From positions 1,088,001 to 1,152,000 of the forward strand of contig OY970309.1 of NCBI GenBank assembly GCA_963716395.1: 64,000 nt of DNA, given 5' to 3'. The stretch is from an uncultured Fibrobacteria bacterium. GTDB taxonomy: Bacteria > Fibrobacterota > Fibrobacteria > UBA11236. The notes below the pieces were generated by a model. It did not search any database, was not told the DNA's origin, and worked only from the letters and a program-made list of their open reading frames with translations. The position numbers and the translations under genes were made by a program. Each line of letters begins with the position of its first letter. The stretch's first letter is position 1. Positions 61,706 to 64,000 of the stretch are shown piece by piece.

Positions 61706-63157
61706 ATGAAGAACAAAATACTGCGCATGGCGGGGCTGCTCATCACCGGAATCGGCATGTGTTGGGGGCAGGAAGCTGCTCAGGATTCCACGCCCGCTCT
61801 CGGTTTTAAATCCAGCGGCTATGTGTACTACGAAAATTACCGCTTATGGAAAGCGGATTATAGCGGCAACATTTATAAAGGCGATTGGTTCAATGACGTC
61901 TTGGGCGGATTCGTCCTGGAAAACAACATGAGTCCTCGGCTCAAAACCCGCGTGGCCCTCGAAGCCACCTTCAACCGCCCCTTTCCCGAACAATTCAACC
62001 AAGACGCCTCGCTGACCACTTCGCCGAGCGCCTACGTGCAAGAGGCCAAGGCCATCTACTCCTTCGGCGATGTCCAAAATCCTCCGGTGGAATTGGAGGT
62101 GGGATATTTCATTTATGACTATAACAGGGATCAACATAACCTCGGCGAATACCTGTTCCGCAGCGGGATTTATCCCCTCATTCTCAACACCAGCTTCGAA
62201 TTGCCCGCCGAAAAACTGCTGGGATTCCGCCTGGGTAACAAGCCCTTCGAAGGATTTCACCAGGATTTATTGCTGACCAGCGATTACAAGTATTTTCCCA
62301 AGTCGGATTTTTCCCTGTCCTACGTGGCGGATTACAGCGCCGGAAAAGTTTTGACCTTGGGCGCCGGCATTTCGCTGGTGAATGTCTTTCCGGTGCGTCC
62401 CAGCCTGGAAGCGCCGCATAGCGACAACAACACCTATATCCAGATTCCCGCCCAGACCTGGACGGATGCCAACGGGGTGCAACACCAAATCTCCGCCCCC
62501 ATCAATATTTTCAAAACCGATTTGAATACCATGCAGAACGCCGACAGCATTTCCTATGTGAATCCTACGACGTTTTCGCGTGATATCGATCCGCAAATCC
62601 AGCACACCACGACCTATTTCACCTCCCAAGGCGTCAAACTGATGGGCCGATTCACTTTGGATCCCAAGCCGCTCATGGGATCCCCTGCCTGGCTGGGCCC
62701 GGACGACATGAAGCTTTACTCCGAAGTCGCCGTGTTGGGCGTGAAGGATTACCCGTTCCTGTACGGCGACATCTGGCAACGGATTCCCGTCATGGTGGGT
62801 TTCGATTTTCCCGCCTTCCACCTCCTCGACGTGCTGGGGCTGGAGGTGGAATATTGCGGCAACCAATGGCCCAACGACTGGCAAAAGCTGTTGCGCGAAG
62901 GCTTGCCGCAGCCGGGCGACCAGAACTTCAGCTATTCCAATTACGATCCCGCCGATTACGCCAACGATCATTGGAAGTGGTCAATTTACCTGCGCAAGGA
63001 ACTGAGCCACGGGCTGTTTGTTTCCGCCCAGATGGCGAGCGATCACCTGCGCTTGGCGGATCAAAACGGCTGGACCTATGAAAGTTTGATGAAAGACACC
63101 GGCTGGCCCTTTACCCGGGAATGGTGGGGTATCGTCCGGATTACGGCCAAGTATTGA
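61706..63157 (+). CDS. Hypothetical outer-membrane beta-barrel-like protein
   Basis: Signal peptide; aromatic-rich amphipathic strands; C-terminal VRITAKY. Confidence 0.6.
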   Translation: MKNKILRMAGLLITGIGMCWGQEAAQDSTPALGFKSSGYVYYENYRLWKADYSGNIYKGDWFNDVLGGFVLENNMSPRLKTRVALEATFNRPFPEQFNQDASLTTSPSAYVQEAKAIYSFGDVQNPPVELEVGYFIYDYNRDQHNLGEYLFRSGIYPLILNTSFELPAEKLLGFRLGNKPFEGFHQDLLLTSDYKYFPKSDFSLSYVADYSAGKVLTLGAGISLVNVFPVRPSLEAPHSDNNTYIQIPAQTWTDANGVQHQISAPINIFKTDLNTMQNADSISYVNPTTFSRDIDPQIQHTTTYFTSQGVKLMGRFTLDPKPLMGSPAWLGPDDMKLYSEVAVLGVKDYPFLYGDIWQRIPVMVGFDFPAFHLLDVLGLEVEYCGNQWPNDWQKLLREGLPQPGDQNFSYSNYDPADYANDHWKWSIYLRKELSHGLFVSAQMASDHLRLADQNGWTYESLMKDTGWPFTREWWGIVRITAKY

Positions 63158-63194
63158 ATGCTTTCCCCGCTCCGCGGTGAAAAGATCGACCTCA

Positions 63195-64000
63195 ATGCAT
63201 CCTCCCGCTTCCAGCAAGATCTGGCACCCTTACTTACAGGAATGGGTGATCCTGGCTCCGGCCACCGACGCCCGGCCCTGGAACGGAACCGTCTTGCGGA
63301 GCGAAGGGAATTCCGGGCCCGAATTCGATCCCGGCTGCCACCTTTGTCCCGGCGCACGCCGATCGATGGGTGCGGTGAACCCGCGCTACTCCGGCGTTTT
63401 TGTGTTTGACAACGATTTCCCGTCTTTGACCTTGGATGCGCCGGCCCGGGGCGTTTGCCGGGTGGTTTGCTTCGATCCCCGGCACAACGTCACCTTGGCC
63501 GAGATGCTACCCTCCGCCATCGAAGCGGTGCTGCGAACCTGGGCGGATCAGTTCCGGGAGCTGTCGGCCCTTCCGGGGCTGGAATACGTGCTGCTGTTCG
63601 AGAACAAGGGCAAGGAAATCGGTGTCTCCAATCCCCACCCGCACGGGCAGATCTACGCCACCGATTTCATTCCCCGCATTCCGCAAACCATGTATGGAAG
63701 CGCGACGAAATTCACTTCGGAATCCGGCGGCTGCCTTTTTTGCGACGTGCTCGCGAAAGAGTTGAAAGAGGGAAGCCGGGTGATCGCCCGCAATCAGCAT
63801 TGCGCCGCCTTCGTGCCCGCCTTTGCCCGCTTCAAATACGAAGTACACCTCATGCCGTTGCGGCATGTTCCCTTTTTGACCTCGCTGGATGACGCCGAAA
63901 TGCGCGCCCTGGCCGAGCTGTATCGCGACGTGCTGGTCCGCTACGACCGCTTGTTCGGCCGCCGCATTCCCAATATCACCCTGTTCTACAACGCTCCCTG
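63195..64000 (+). CDS. galT: Galactose-1-phosphate uridylyltransferase (runs off window end)
   Basis: Own translation from ATG 63195: WHP...EWVI.AP....RPW, CHLCPG, FDNDFP and FENKG...G.SNPHPHGQ. Confidence 0.93.
   Translation, partial: MHPPASSKIWHPYLQEWVILAPATDARPWNGTVLRSEGNSGPEFDPGCHLCPGARRSMGAVNPRYSGVFVFDNDFPSLTLDAPARGVCRVVCFDPRHNVTLAEMLPSAIEAVLRTWADQFRELSALPGLEYVLLFENKGKEIGVSNPHPHGQIYATDFIPRIPQTMYGSATKFTSESGGCLFCDVLAKELKEGSRVIARNQHCAAFVPAFARFKYEVHLMPLRHVPFLTSLDDAEMRALAELYRDVLVRYDRLFGRRIPNITLFYNAP

Overview
GC-rich bacterial window. I infer Fibrobacterota from the C-terminal secretion-type tails (e.g. 'VYDHLGQYVNK..GTGVYILK', 'LDVSGR', 'YRADGK'). Both flanks carry ordinary genes. The left flank has an expansin, dedA, murG, a GATase, oppD/oppF-like ATPases, lpxB and fapA. 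The right flank has ftsX-envC, rnhB, purN, an Omp85 protein, queG, a TPR protein and a LacI/GH27/GalT sugar locus. Between about 14.7 and 41.4 kb is a visibly lower-GC accessory region with three parts. (1) A cluster of UbiA prenyltransferase, 7TM histidine kinase, CPBP protease and a class-II-terpene-cyclase-like gene. (2) A duplicated large secreted protein with 63-bp coding tandem repeats, flanking a cell-wall-hydrolase/putative immunity pair. (3) The most striking feature: a ~890-aa effector-like gene followed by a ~1.12-kb-period array. Each unit carries a constant ~75-codon copy of the effector's sub-terminal segment, a variable ~42-aa C-terminal tip, and an overlapping secreted MORN/YwqK-like partner gene whose N-terminus co-varies with the tip. 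This looks like a tip-swapping toxin/immunity or self-recognition allele archive. Many frameshifts in the repeats are probably consensus errors. All calls come from reading the sequence; no searches were run.
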